DNA of 64,000 bases from Octopus bimaculoides (taxonomy: Eukaryota): positions 59,961,857-60,025,856 of the forward strand of contig NC_068994.1 of NCBI RefSeq assembly GCF_001194135.2, read 5' to 3'. Positions 1 to 11,559 of the stretch are shown piece by piece (positions within the stretch are counted from its first letter, which is position 1; each line of letters starts with the position of its first letter). The notes under the pieces are model-generated. The model ran no database searches. It saw only the letters and a list, made by a program, of their open reading frames with translations, and was not told the origin of the DNA. The translations under genes were made by a program, and so were the position numbers.

Positions 1-36
<36 letters not shown>

Positions 37-596
37 TCATATATATATATATATATATATGTATTTATTGATACATATATATATTTTTTTTCATGCATAT
101 ATATAAAGACAGGTAGACTGAGACAGACAGATAAAGTACTTTTTGCCTATCTGAGGAGAATATTTTTCACAGTTGTAAAAAAATGCTGAAACCTGTTTAC
201 TGTGTCCAGGGATCAATTTGAAAGACCAGACCCACCCTGATCTATGTCAAGATTTCAACGCTTAGCTCTCTTAGTTGTTGTTTTTCGATTTTAAGCCCCT
301 CTACAGGCTGACTTAATCTCCACTTCTCTCTCTCTCTCTCTCTCTGTCACGTGTCCAACATCGTACATGATCTATATTCAATATAGAGAACAACTGCTCT
401 GATGTTGTTTGTTCGCTTGGCCCCATTGTAACGTAGTCTGTCTTTTTACGAATCGTCAAACCAATGACATTGGAAAAACATTGGGAAACTCGTTTTGCTA
501 ATTTGAGTTTCGTACTGAGGTAACTTTTATTTTCTATAACATTCAAATGAGAATGAAAATATGGCTGTGTGTGTGTGTGAGTATAATATAGATGTA

Positions 597-627
<31 letters not shown>

Positions 628-1203
628 CTATAAATTGCTATAAAAACATTTGTAACCAGTCTGTTTCAGTACAAATACGTTTGGTTCTCACATATGTGAT
701 AAAGTGAGTAGAGAAATAGCTAAGTCATAAGAACAGGAATGGCTTGGTGGTGGTGGTCGTGGTGGGCGGTAGTTCTTTTTGAGCAGCAGTAATTTTCAAA
801 AAATGTTTCCCCTCCAGGATTAGAACTAAATAACACACCGAAACTGTTATGTTCCACCATCAACAATTCAAATGTTTTAATACAAATATTAAAATCACGT
901 TTTAAAACAGAGATGAATGAAACATTGCAGCAAAGAAACAAACATTAAACAGTTAAAACGCTCAGCTTTTCTAAAATATCCTGACTTGTCTAGAATATTG
1001 GCAACACATTTCAGAATTCCGAAAGGAAATGAATGTGGAAGAAAACATTAAACAGAAACAACGAACAGACAACACGGGAGTCACGTGGTGTTTATGCAGA
1101 CACAAAACTAATGAAAATGTAGATAAAAAACATTTTTTTGATTTGTTAAAACTGCCTTTTCCTCCAGGGGCTGTATCATAATTACAAAATGGCAATTAAG
1201 ACC

Positions 1204-1346
1204 AATGCTTCCCCAGATGAAATGCTTCCCCAGATGAAATGCTTCTCCAGATGAAATATTTTACCAGATGAAATGCTTCCCCAGATGAAATGCTTCCCCA
1301 GATGAAATATTTTACCAGATGAAATGCTTCCCCAGATGAAATGCTT
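1204..1346. repeat. 17-bp minisatellite (aatgcttccccagatga), 8 units plus a partial unit, with a recurring variant aatattttaccagatga
   Basis: Units read directly in the order A A A' B A A B A. Confidence 0.95.
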
Positions 1347-1604
1347 GTAAAATGGAGAGAATCTCAAGGTTCCAAAATTCAGCCACTTGCACACATTAAT
1401 TCCACAAGCAGACTGTTCTGTTGATCAGACCAACTGGAATATGTAGTTGTGACCAATGGAGTGCTACACAGTTGCACAAAATATATGGAGTAAATATAGT
1501 GGTCTGTCAAGAGATACATAAATGGACATAGATTCTTACATACATACACATTCTTTCATACATGCACAGGCAAACAGAGTGGCACCTTTAGAGGAGAGCA
1601 ACAA

Positions 1605-1632
1605 CGACCGACCGACCGACCGACCGACCGAC
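1605..1632. repeat. (CGAC)7 tetranucleotide microsatellite
   Basis: Direct reading. Confidence 0.95.
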
Positions 1633-2144
1633 GCCAGTGTTTTGTTGCTAAAGTGAATATAAAAATGAGTAGCTTTTCAACTTCAAAGCCATAAAGAATA
1701 ATGGTAGAAATTGAATGGGAACGAATTTGAAGTGTTTTGTTAAGTCAAGCATGAAGCGATAGTATAAAAATTCTGTGAAAGAAGACATGGTTGAATGAAT
1801 GACAGGCTGTAACCTATCAACAGTGTAACATAGAGTTCAAAGTCCAAACATCTGCTTTCAATGAAATGATGACCAAAATTTCAGGAGTGGGGTTTGGTTG
1901 ACAGGAACTCTTGTAGAGACTGTTTGGGGGACTTAATCTGTGACCCTCTCTAACATCATTTACACTTTTACTCCTTAATATCCAAAGCACAATGGAATGG
2001 CTCAGGCAGAATTTGGAAGTTAACATTTCTACATTTAGTAACAAATCCAGATTCCTTGTTAAAAAATGTTTTTGTTTTTTGATACTTGTTTAGAAACTTG
2101 AAACAGGAAGAAAATCAAAAATCAAATCCTTTCCACTTGAGTGT

Positions 2145-2285
2145 GGGACTCCATTGTTGGAGGCGAGTGAACAATTATACTGATGTATGAATTAGGTACC
2201 AGTTGTGTACTGAGGTTGAGCTAATTGGCCCCACTCCCTCCAAATTTCCCGCCTTGTGCCTAGAGTAGAAACGAATTATACTGAT
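2145..2285 (-). mobile_element. SINE-like family B copy
   Basis: Reverse complement of the core: taggtaccagttg...aaatttcccgccttgtgcctagagtagaa. Confidence 0.7.
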
Positions 2286-2449
2286 GTATGCCTTTATTCT
2301 TTTTTTTTTTTTGGTGGTGGTGGGGAGGAGGGTCATTATTCCAAAGGCTGAGGGAGGGAGTGGTTTAAAAATCTGATACTTTACAAAACACTAATTTTCA
2401 GAGATTTGGTTCTCAAGCATCTATGCATACAGGGCAGACACTGTTTGTT

Positions 2450-2510
<61 letters not shown>

Positions 2511-2721
2511 CAAAACAAAGCAAAATTGGAAGGTATCGCACAAGTGAAAATATATGGGGAAGGGGATTTGAAAATGCAGAGGTCTTTTAAAGATGTTTAT
2601 TGACTTGACCAGTTTCACTTGTTATAAAAAAAAAAAAGATTTTCTAAAGGGCAAGGCTTTGTGTAGCCTTTGTGGTGTAAAAAATTAGCTAACCTAGATT
2701 TATTAAAATACAGTGGAAGAG

Positions 2722-3118
2722 TCTTTGACAATGATCGGAAAATATTAAGAGAGGCTTTGTGTTTAAACAGCTTACATAAAAGTGTTCAAAATAGGCAGGA
2801 AAATAAGTTCATAATTGTTTATAAGTTCATCAGAAATCTCTAGTCTTGTATATGTGTTTAAAACTGGAGATGAAGAAAAAAGGTTGGTCATCCTTATAAA
2901 CGATTATGATTTTTGATGAACTTTTGATAAAGCTATACACACTTTCTCCTATCAAATACTGTCTACAAATCCTTTCTGTATATAAACTTACAAACAACTA
3001 TGATTTCTGATGAATTTATAAACAATTATGAATTTATTTTACTGTCTATTTTGAACACTTTTACGTAAACTGTTTAAACACAAAGCCTCTCTTAACATTT
3101 TCTTATCATTGTCAAAGA
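2722..3118. mobile_element. Foldback/MITE-like element with ~117-bp inverted arms (2722-2838 and 3002-3118)
   Basis: The reverse complement of the right arm aligns to the left arm with scattered substitutions; internal sub-repeats of ataaacaattatgatttctgatgaa; no clear TSD. Confidence 0.7.
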
Positions 3119-3135
3119 GTTTTCAGATCCTCTCC

Positions 3136-3184
<49 letters not shown>

Positions 3185-4484
3185 CGTTTGTAGAAAACAT
3201 AAATCCAGAGAAGAAGCACACATATTTTTCTAGAGGTCATAGGCCAACAAGTTTTGGGGTCTGACGATACACCATAAAGCTAAACCCTTTATGGACGGAA
3301 AACCTAACGTAATCCCATATACTGGCCTTCCCCATTTTTATTATATACACATACATATATTTATATGTATATACATACATGTAGAGAGGGAGAGAGAGAG
3401 AGAGAGAGAGAGAGATATCATTCATACACACACACGGAGAGTGTGTGTGTCAGTGTGTGCACAGCTAATCCTATGACAAACATTTTATTCAGACAATAAA
3501 ATGTCAGGATAGGATACAGAAGTGATCCACATTTCTCGGCCTCACAGATTTAACTAATCCTGGTGCAGGTGGAGGATAATGTCAGTTGCTTGGCATTTCA
3601 GTCATTCAGCTGTGATGGATAATGGTGTGTGTGTGTGTGTGTGTAGGGGGGGGGGTGTTGCTAGGTGAAGGATCAAATCTGTCTGTAGCACTTTTAGTCA
3701 ATCTGCCGCTTTATATAGCTTAATCTGTGACCAATTTAATTTCTAATTAGAAAATATAGGACAGATGGCATACATCAGTGTGTTTAGACTTGTCACCTCT
3801 AATTCTCTTCTTCTTCCTCTCTCTCTCATATACGTAACTTCCCACAAATCACAAATATATATTTTGATGCACACACGAATACATACACACACATATAGAC
3901 ATATATATGTATGTCTATATATAGCTTACAGATCCAATAGAGGTAGAATCAACAAAAAATGTACTCCATCCAGTGAGAGATGAATATCAATTTAAGTACA
4001 CAACCGAAAGAGCTACCAATAGTTTCATGCTATTATGATACTTGAACAGACATATTTATAAAATATGCCATGTTATCTTAAAGCAATCTTTCAGGCTCTG
4101 TTTTTAGCATTGTATATACTTTAAAAGCAAGGATGCTGGCCAGTAAGAAAATAAGAGAAAATGTGGAAAAATATATGAAACCCCATATCCCTCTTTCTTG
4201 TGGACATTTTGTAACTGTTTTCTCCATTTATGCTCCTGCACTTTTGCTAGTGAGGAAAACATCCAAGCATTTTATGTGGAGCTTCGAAGAAGTATTCTGT
4301 CGGTGCCCTCTTTCAATGAGAAGGTTGGTTGTTACTTGGTGACTTTGATGCACGTGTTGGTTGAGACTATCGTTTTCTAAGGAACAGCTTGGGAAAGTCA
4401 GTAGCGTTGGAGAGCATAAAGACTAAAGGTGCAGTCAAGAAGAAGTTATCCAACAAGGAGGACTGGAGGAAGTCATGTGAATAT

Positions 4485-4925
4485 TGGGAAAGAGTGACCT
4501 GTGTCCTGACAATTTATGCCAGGGATCAAAATGCCAACATCATGTCTGCTGCTCAATGTTCTGTGAACATTGTAAAGGGTGTAAGACAAAGAATGGACAG
4601 CTACAATGGAGACTACAACACTGTGTCCAAGCAAAGAAGGTGATGGTCTTTGGGTATATCTCCAGTCGGGGTGACATCATGCCACCCCACATCTTTGAAC
4701 GAGGTCTTTGGCTTATTTCAGATGGCAATATGAAGCTGCTGGGGAGTGGTCAAATCCTGGTTAGAGAGAGTTGCTGTTGTGACAGCAGGAGTCAGCTCCT
4801 AGTCATACCTCCAAAATGAGTCAGAAGTGGTTGTTAGGGAAGTTCTACAGCCTCACCAGACCCAATTCCTGGTGTCCAAAATTCACCTGGTTCTAATACC
4901 CTGGGTTATTATGGGTGTGGCCACA
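4485..4925 (+). mobile_element. Degenerate Tc1/mariner (maT, DD37D-type) transposase relic with an internal deletion
   Basis: An N-terminal HTH-like piece (RDQNANIMSAAQCSVNIVKGVRQRMDSYNGDY) is followed by VMVFGYISSRGDIMPPHIFERGL and QQESAPSHTSKMSQKWL...PNSW; frameshifts and stops are present. Motif spacing is consistent with D37D. Confidence 0.8.
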
Positions 4926-5029
4926 CACCTATAATAATCCATGAAAACTAATAAATTTGAAGAAAAGTCTTCCTCTTGCTTTCAACTTCACCACGTGGAA
5001 CTGTGCAAAGGATTTAATTTTTACCATCA

Positions 5030-5737
5030 AAGTGACGACTGCAGCGGAGCCGGGATCAAATCGGGCCGGAGTACCGTTGTGGCCTGAAAATTTGTTATTC
5101 TGCCTGGAACTGTATATTTTGTTTATTCTTTCTGAACTGTTGTCTTTCCTTTCTCTTTCTTTTATGGACTTTTTTTTAGTACGAACTGTTTATTTTATTT
5201 CTTCTGCATTTTTGAACTGTTTACTCTTTCTGCCTCTTTTAAAAATTTTTTTAGTTGTTTATTTCTTATTTGGACTTTTTTTCTCTTGGTAGAGAATATA
5301 AAGAAAAATAAGGCCACTGCTGTGGAGAGGGAGATTATCTCACCCAAGAAGTGGCTAAATGATTTTAGGGAAAGAACGGTGGTGTTACAGACCTACTCTA
5401 GGTTACTCGACACCATTACGGTCTTTCCCAAAATTGAAATTGAAAAAGAGTTGGCAGAATATCTGCCAACTATTAAGTTTATGGCAAGGGGTGTAAAATA
5501 CGCAACGGTTTGGTTGCTTTTTGACACCCCTGAGGTGGCTCGCAAGTTTGCAAGCCAGCCCTTAGAAGGGGAAAAAATTCTGTTTCTTCCCACATACTGT
5601 GGAAAGAAATTAACTAGAGCTTGGGTCTGGGGGCTGCCACCCGGCATAGAACCTGACTGGATAGAAGATACTATCCAATGGGGTCTGGGTGGGAGCAGAG
5701 CCAAGCTCCTAAATGTAAAAATATTACCTACAGCTGA
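5030..5737 (+). mobile_element. 5' portion of a non-LTR retrotransposon (probably L1/Tx1-like): CpG-rich leader and open ORF1 (gag-like) fragment, cut by (AT)n
   Basis: ORF 5286-5756 gives about 150 non-repetitive codons (RTVVLQTY...ATVWLLFDTPE...PTYCGKK...GLPPGIEPDWI) resembling RRM-type ORF1 proteins; the family call is from pattern recognition only. Confidence 0.6.
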
Positions 5738-5962
5738 TATATATATATATATATAGATAGATAGATAGATATAAAGATAGATAGATATAAAGATAGATAG
5801 ATATATAAATATATAGATATAAAGATAGATAGATATAAAGATATAGATATAAAGATAGATAGATATAAAGATAGATAGATATAAAGATAGATAGATATAA
5901 AGATAGATAGATATATAAATATATAGATAGATATATAGATATATAGATATAGATATATATAT

Positions 5963-6035
<73 letters not shown>

Positions 6036-6267
6036 TAGAGAGATAGATATATATATAATCCCCTGAGATTGCAGATAATATTTCTGAATCTCTTTGATTC
6101 TTTAAATGTGCTGGCCCCCTGATAATTAATCGATATTAATTAATATATTAATATATGACTAATTACCAGATCTTATAATATAATTATATATAGAGATAGA
6201 TATATATATATAGAGAGAGATATATAGATAGATAGATAGATAGATATATATATATATATATATATAT
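5737..6267. repeat. Compound (AT)n/(GATA)n/(GA)n microsatellite with recurring 16-bp gatagatagatataaa units
   Basis: Direct reading; ends at the N-gap 6268-6367. Confidence 0.9.
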
Positions 6268-9200
6268 NNNNNNNNNNNNNNNNNNNNNNNNNNNNNNNNN
6301 NNNNNNNNNNNNNNNNNNNNNNNNNNNNNNNNNNNNNNNNNNNNNNNNNNNNNNNNNNNNNNNNNNNTATCTCTATATCTCTCAATACATATATATCTAT
6401 ATGTATATATCTCTATCTAATTTGATTTAAAAAAATAAGTTTTTGAGTAGTTTATAATTAAACAGAGGGAGAGGAGGTGGGACATTGTAGACAGGTGGAC
6501 ATTGTAAACAGACGGATGACAGAAACAAATAAATCAAAAGTGAAGTAAAGAAAGAATTGAAGCAAACTTCTTTATTATTTTCTTTTACATTCTGTAATGT
6601 TCAGAAAAGGAAAAAAAAAAATATCAGATTAAAATGGAGGCAATTCAGTTGACAAATGGAGTTTAAAAAAATAATTTGGGGAGGGGGGGAAAGAAACGGA
6701 ATGAAAAAAAATATAAAGCTGTCTTGAATTGAATTCTTTCCTGAACTAAATTGAAAGCAGTGTCAGGAAAAGGTAGTGGTTTTCTATGAAATTAGACTCT
6801 TGGTTCGCTCTCTCTTAACAGAATGGCCAACAAAACACATACCCCCAAGTCTGTGTGTATGATGGGGGGGGGGGGGCTAAAACTGCAGGAACCACCATGC
6901 TTAAACTCTTTTTAAACCAGACAACCTGTCTCTTACTAAAATTATGGGAATTAAATATTGTATTGCTCTGAGCCAGTCGTAGTTGTCTCCCTTTAATCAG
7001 TCAACTAACAAAGTGGAAGCCTTCGTTGCTGTTTTGATTTGATTCGATTCCAGACAAGACGGGAACTAAAAGAGAGAGAGCAGCACCGACCAGAGCGGAG
7101 CAGTTCTCAACTAGGTTGGTCATAAAAAAACAGGGTCGCTACAAATACTGCCACCCTTCTCTAACCAGTCAAGGACATCAGATCCACGTTTCACTCTGCG
7201 AAACCCATCTTACCATAAAAGACACTTTTTACCTCTTGAAACTGAAGGGAATGGCTAGCTTCCATCAGAAAGAATTAGTAAGATGCAGTGTTAAGAAACA
7301 GCTGCAGGGAATGGCTAGCAAATAGTGTCATAATGCACAGGAAATAATTCAAAAATAAAATAGAAGAAAAAAAAAAAACAAAAAAAAAAATGAATCATAA
7401 TATAACCTTTATTCTTGAAGTTTGGTACAATAATGTCAGTTCTGTTGCAGAAAGCATCATGTGTATGGCAGACATAGGAGGAAAGAAGCAAGCAGCTGAA
7501 GGTTTTGCAGACCTAGCAGGAAAGAAAAGCCCAAAGACTGGAAGGAACTTACAGAAATGTCACCAGAGAAACCATATTTAGACCTTTCACTAAAACATAG
7601 TAATCAGAAGAGGGGGGGGGGATAGAAATATGGTAAGGAATATGAAGAGGTGCTTACTGAGTTGAAGGGTGGCAGTGGTCAAGTTGAAATGATTGGACCG
7701 AAATGGTGTATGTTTGTATGTACGTGCATGTGTGTGTATATATATATATATACATATATACACACATGTGGATAAATATACTCAAATGTGTATATGTATA
7801 TATATATACACACACATATGCATATATACATAAACATATAAACCTATATTCCTTGGTTAAAAACAAAAAATATATTCTCCTTTAACCTTTACTTAATATT
7901 CATTTGGGACATTAACTAATGCGTTAATAAATGACCTCATTGTGAAAAGAATGAGGAATGAATGTGTGACATTAGAGAAAGAGAAATTTGAGGCAGAGCA
8001 CGGTATTATTCAACTAATATTAGAATAATAAACACACACACACATATATATGTATATATATATATAATATATATATATACATGTGTGTGTGTGTTGACAG
8101 CTATTATGTTTAAGGGAGTTATTCATATACCTGGATGTGTAATGACTGCACCATTCAATAATAATAAAAGTAATAACACAAGGAAAAGTAGCCGAGTGTT
8201 GAAATAATTCCATGAAGAATAAAAATGCAAAAGTTTCTCTCCAGCCTCAAACATCCAGCACGAGAAAGAAAATGAGACACTAACCACTTCGTCTTTCTTA
8301 ACTGCCATAACTCAGACCAAACAATTCCTTCCAGACCATTTCACATTAGAATTCTTAGCATGGCAGTTTTAGTTAACCCCCACCCACACAGTTTATATAT
8401 ATACATATATATATACATGTATGTATATAGATTTATGTGTATAGATATATATACATGTATATATATATCTACACACATACATGTATATATATATATGTAT
8501 ATCTATATATGTATGTATGTATGTGTATATACACACACATGCATATATATATAAACTCACACACACACACACAGACCCTGCTGGGAGTGCATGTGTGTGT
8601 GTGTGTGTGTGTGTGTGTGCTTTCAATGCTACTAATGTTTTTAGCTTGCGCATAAACAGTATAAAGAGACATAAACATTTCAATAGCATAGCTGTTAATT
8701 GCATCATAGTTATATATATATGTAGATATATATATATACACACAGACATACATGCACGCACGCACACACAGATTAGAGAAAGATAGACAGACATTGCATC
8801 GCAGTGAAGTTGTCGTGTTGAATGCATCACAACATATTTGTGTGTCAGAGGCCAGCTGGGACGGGTCTCTCCCCTTAACAACAAAATAATAATAATAAAA
8901 ACAGAAAAATGACACAAAACGTATCGAAAATGGGGTGAGAAATAATAAAAGTTGAACTGTAAAGAAAGAAAGCTTTGTTGTGTGTTGTCAATTTGTTCGA
9001 GGTCCATGAAACATTGTTGCTCTTTTCTCTGTTTTCAATGTTTTTAGGCAATGGAAAAGACAGGGAGAAATGTCTATGCAATGCCAGTGTTGCACCTGAC
9101 GGGTGCACAAGGGTGTGGATTGACTCTGTTCTTTCTTTGAAACAAAGCCAAACAAGATAGCAACAGGAGAAACCAAGATTCAAAACAAGTTGTTCCATAA

Positions 9201-9708
9201 TTATTTTAGAGAATGTATCAACATAAAAGGAAAATAAAGAAAAATGCTCATATTTCACTTGTAGAGGATCAAAGTTGTGTGTGTGTGTGTGTGTATAATG
9301 TGAAGTATGCATGTAAATGTAGGAAAGTTGTAAATCTATGATAGGAAAATAGTAACAAAGATGTAGAGGAGAAGAATGCTTTGAGCCAGTCATAGTTTGG
9401 ATGTTTGGCTAAAGGGCTGTTATCTGCCCNNNNNNNNNNNNNNNNNNNNNNNNNNNNNNNNNNNNNNNNNNNNNNNNNNNNNNNNNNNNNNNNNNNNNNN
9501 NNNNNNNNNNNNNNNNNNNNNNNNNNNNNNNNNNNNNNNNNNNNNNNNNNNNNNNNNNNNNNNNNNTGAATTGGTTGTTTAAAATGCAGAAATGCTGATC
9601 AATGAGGGCTGCATGCTAATGCCAGGGCACTGGATCTTAAGATAATAATAGATGTATGACTTATTTTTAGATAAGTCTCCCAGAAGACTTCCAGGGGAAT
9701 TAACAATA

Positions 9709-9714
9709 TTTATT
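9709..9714 (-). promoter_or_regulatory. Candidate proximal poly(A) signal AATAAA about 200 nt downstream of the adducin stop
   Basis: tttatt on the + strand at 9709-9714. The hexamer is common in AT-rich DNA, so real use is uncertain. Confidence 0.3.
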
Positions 9715-9912
9715 ATTGTGTGTGTGTGTGTTTGGAGTGGCTTGGACATGGCTTGCCTTCCTCCAACATCTGATAAGTAGACAGACAGACAGAATTTGGA
9801 CAGAAAGCCACTCCTGGCCTTCCAAAAAGAAAAGGGCACATAAATTGTGGTAACTCCAGCTGGCCACCACCCATACTGACAACGACAACGACAACAGAAA
9901 CAACAGCAAGTT

Positions 9913-10017
9913 CTACTCCTTGGCTTCCTTCTTCTTTTTCGAGAAGGATGGAATACGGAATTTCTTCTTCTTCTTCTCCTTCTTTGTTGGTGAAGGATTT
10001 TCCTTGGTTGGAGAGCC
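9913..10017 (-). CDS. hts: Adducin terminal coding exon with MARCKS-related domain (GSPTKENPSPTKKEKKKKKFRIPSFSKKKKEAKE*), 105 nt
   Basis: Acceptor tttaccattgcag; basic MARCKS-related motif (compare human KKKKKFRTPSFLKK); TAG at 9913-9915. Confidence 0.97.
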   Translation of the reverse strand, partial: GSPTKENPSPTKKEKKKKKFRIPSFSKKKKEAKE

Positions 10018-10244
10018 CTGCAATGGTAAATGCAAAGAACATAGAGACTTGTTCTATAGAATGGACAGAGGAGAGTGTATATAATGTTAAAGGTGGCGTA
10101 GAATAACAAAGATACTGCTAATGAATGTCTTGCAATGTTCCAATTCTTTACTGAACAAAAATAACCAACTCTGTTAATAAATAATGGTTTCCAAAAGGGG
10201 GGCAGCTCTTGAGTTAGAATTGGAGAAGGGGAAACGGTTCTCAC

Positions 10245-10354
10245 CTCCTTGCTGCTCCTGTCGTCAAGAGTTTCACCACCACTAGCACTGTCTGTTGATC
10301 TCAGTGTATCAGACTTGGCAGGGGACCCAGGTTTCTCTTCGTCTCTTTTCTCGC
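10245..10354 (-). CDS. hts: Adducin penultimate exon (GEKRDEEKPGSPAKSDTLRSTDSASGGETLDDRSSKE), 110 nt, phase 1/0
   Basis: Acceptor cctttttttaacag, donor gtgaga; SPAKSDTL-x-STDSASGGETL resembles mollusc adducin tails as I recall them. Confidence 0.93.
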
Positions 10355-11559
10355 CTGTTAAAAAAAGGTGAGGAATAAAATGATTCAGGCAAAGGTTACC
10401 ACATTCAAAGAAACATAAGACCAGCAACAATGCCGCCCAAACTGGTAAACTAATTTCAAATGCTAACTGGTCAATTGATAAGCTGACCAACTTACATTTA
10501 CAACCAGATTAATTGGTCAAAATGGAAAATTCTCAAAGTTTTGCTGAAATTTCTTCAGAAAAGCATTCAACAAACAAATCCTTTAAGTTGCCATGCAGAA
10601 TGGGGAAAAAACTATAAGGAAAATCCTTGAAAAAACATCTACGAGTGCTGCAAGACTTTTATTGTAATGGTGTAAATTTACATGCAGATCTGGAACGATT
10701 TCTCTTCTTCACATAAATGGACAGACAACACTATCATTCTAAAAGCAATGGAATACAAATAAAGAATAAACAATGAAACAGTGATTCTGTCAAGTAATTT
10801 AGTCTCTCTTGGAAATAGAGTCTATGTTGGATGTTTGATAGTTCATTGGTCATTCATAGCTGACCAATGACCAAGCAGAAGCAGCAGCAGCAGCAGAAAA
10901 AAAAGATGAAATAAAAATAAAAGGAGGAAGACAAATGAATGCTGTTGTGAGTGAGTGAGGAGGCTTATTGAGGCGTTTATCGTTGACCACATTGGTAATG
11001 TTCACTTATAACAAGGCTATTATAATAGGGATCTGTGAGCTTCCATTTTGGACCCTACTTTAGAGATTCATAAACCTTTGTTTGGATGCGTTATTCAAAG
11101 ATTGTTTTAAAGCTGGATACCTTTTCTCTCACACACACACACAAAGGATCGCTTATTCCATAAACTGGCCAAACAACTCATCAACAGGAAAAACCGACAC
11201 CACCACCTGCTGTGCCTTTGTATAAACGATCACCCAGGCACATCTACATATATAACCATCACCATCATCATCATTGTCCATGTTCCAGGAGTAAGGGTGG
11301 ATGGCCATTGGTGCATGAGCCAGGGAAAGTAGAGGGGTGCAGAAGTAAGTGGGGTTGGAGGAGGACAAGAGAAAGATGATGGGGTGGGGTGGGGGAGATG
11401 TAGTGTATGAGGAGAGAAAAACAATTCATAAAGAATGACTGGGTTGTAAGAAAAGAATAAAATGGCATCAAGAGAGAGAGATGATGGGTGGAGTATAAGG
11501 AAGAGATTCGGTCAGGGCTCCATTTCTGCCTGTCACCAAAGTGGGGTCCGTTTTCTAGA

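Noticed and set aside
1204-1346. Possible CRISPR-like array
   Set aside because: Contiguous 17-bp tandem units with no unique spacers, in a eukaryotic context.
8360-9393. Several 100-200 aa ORFs (YIYI, HTHT, CVCV)
   Set aside because: Derived from AT/AC microsatellites and T-rich, probably 3' UTR, sequence; no domain similarity recognised.
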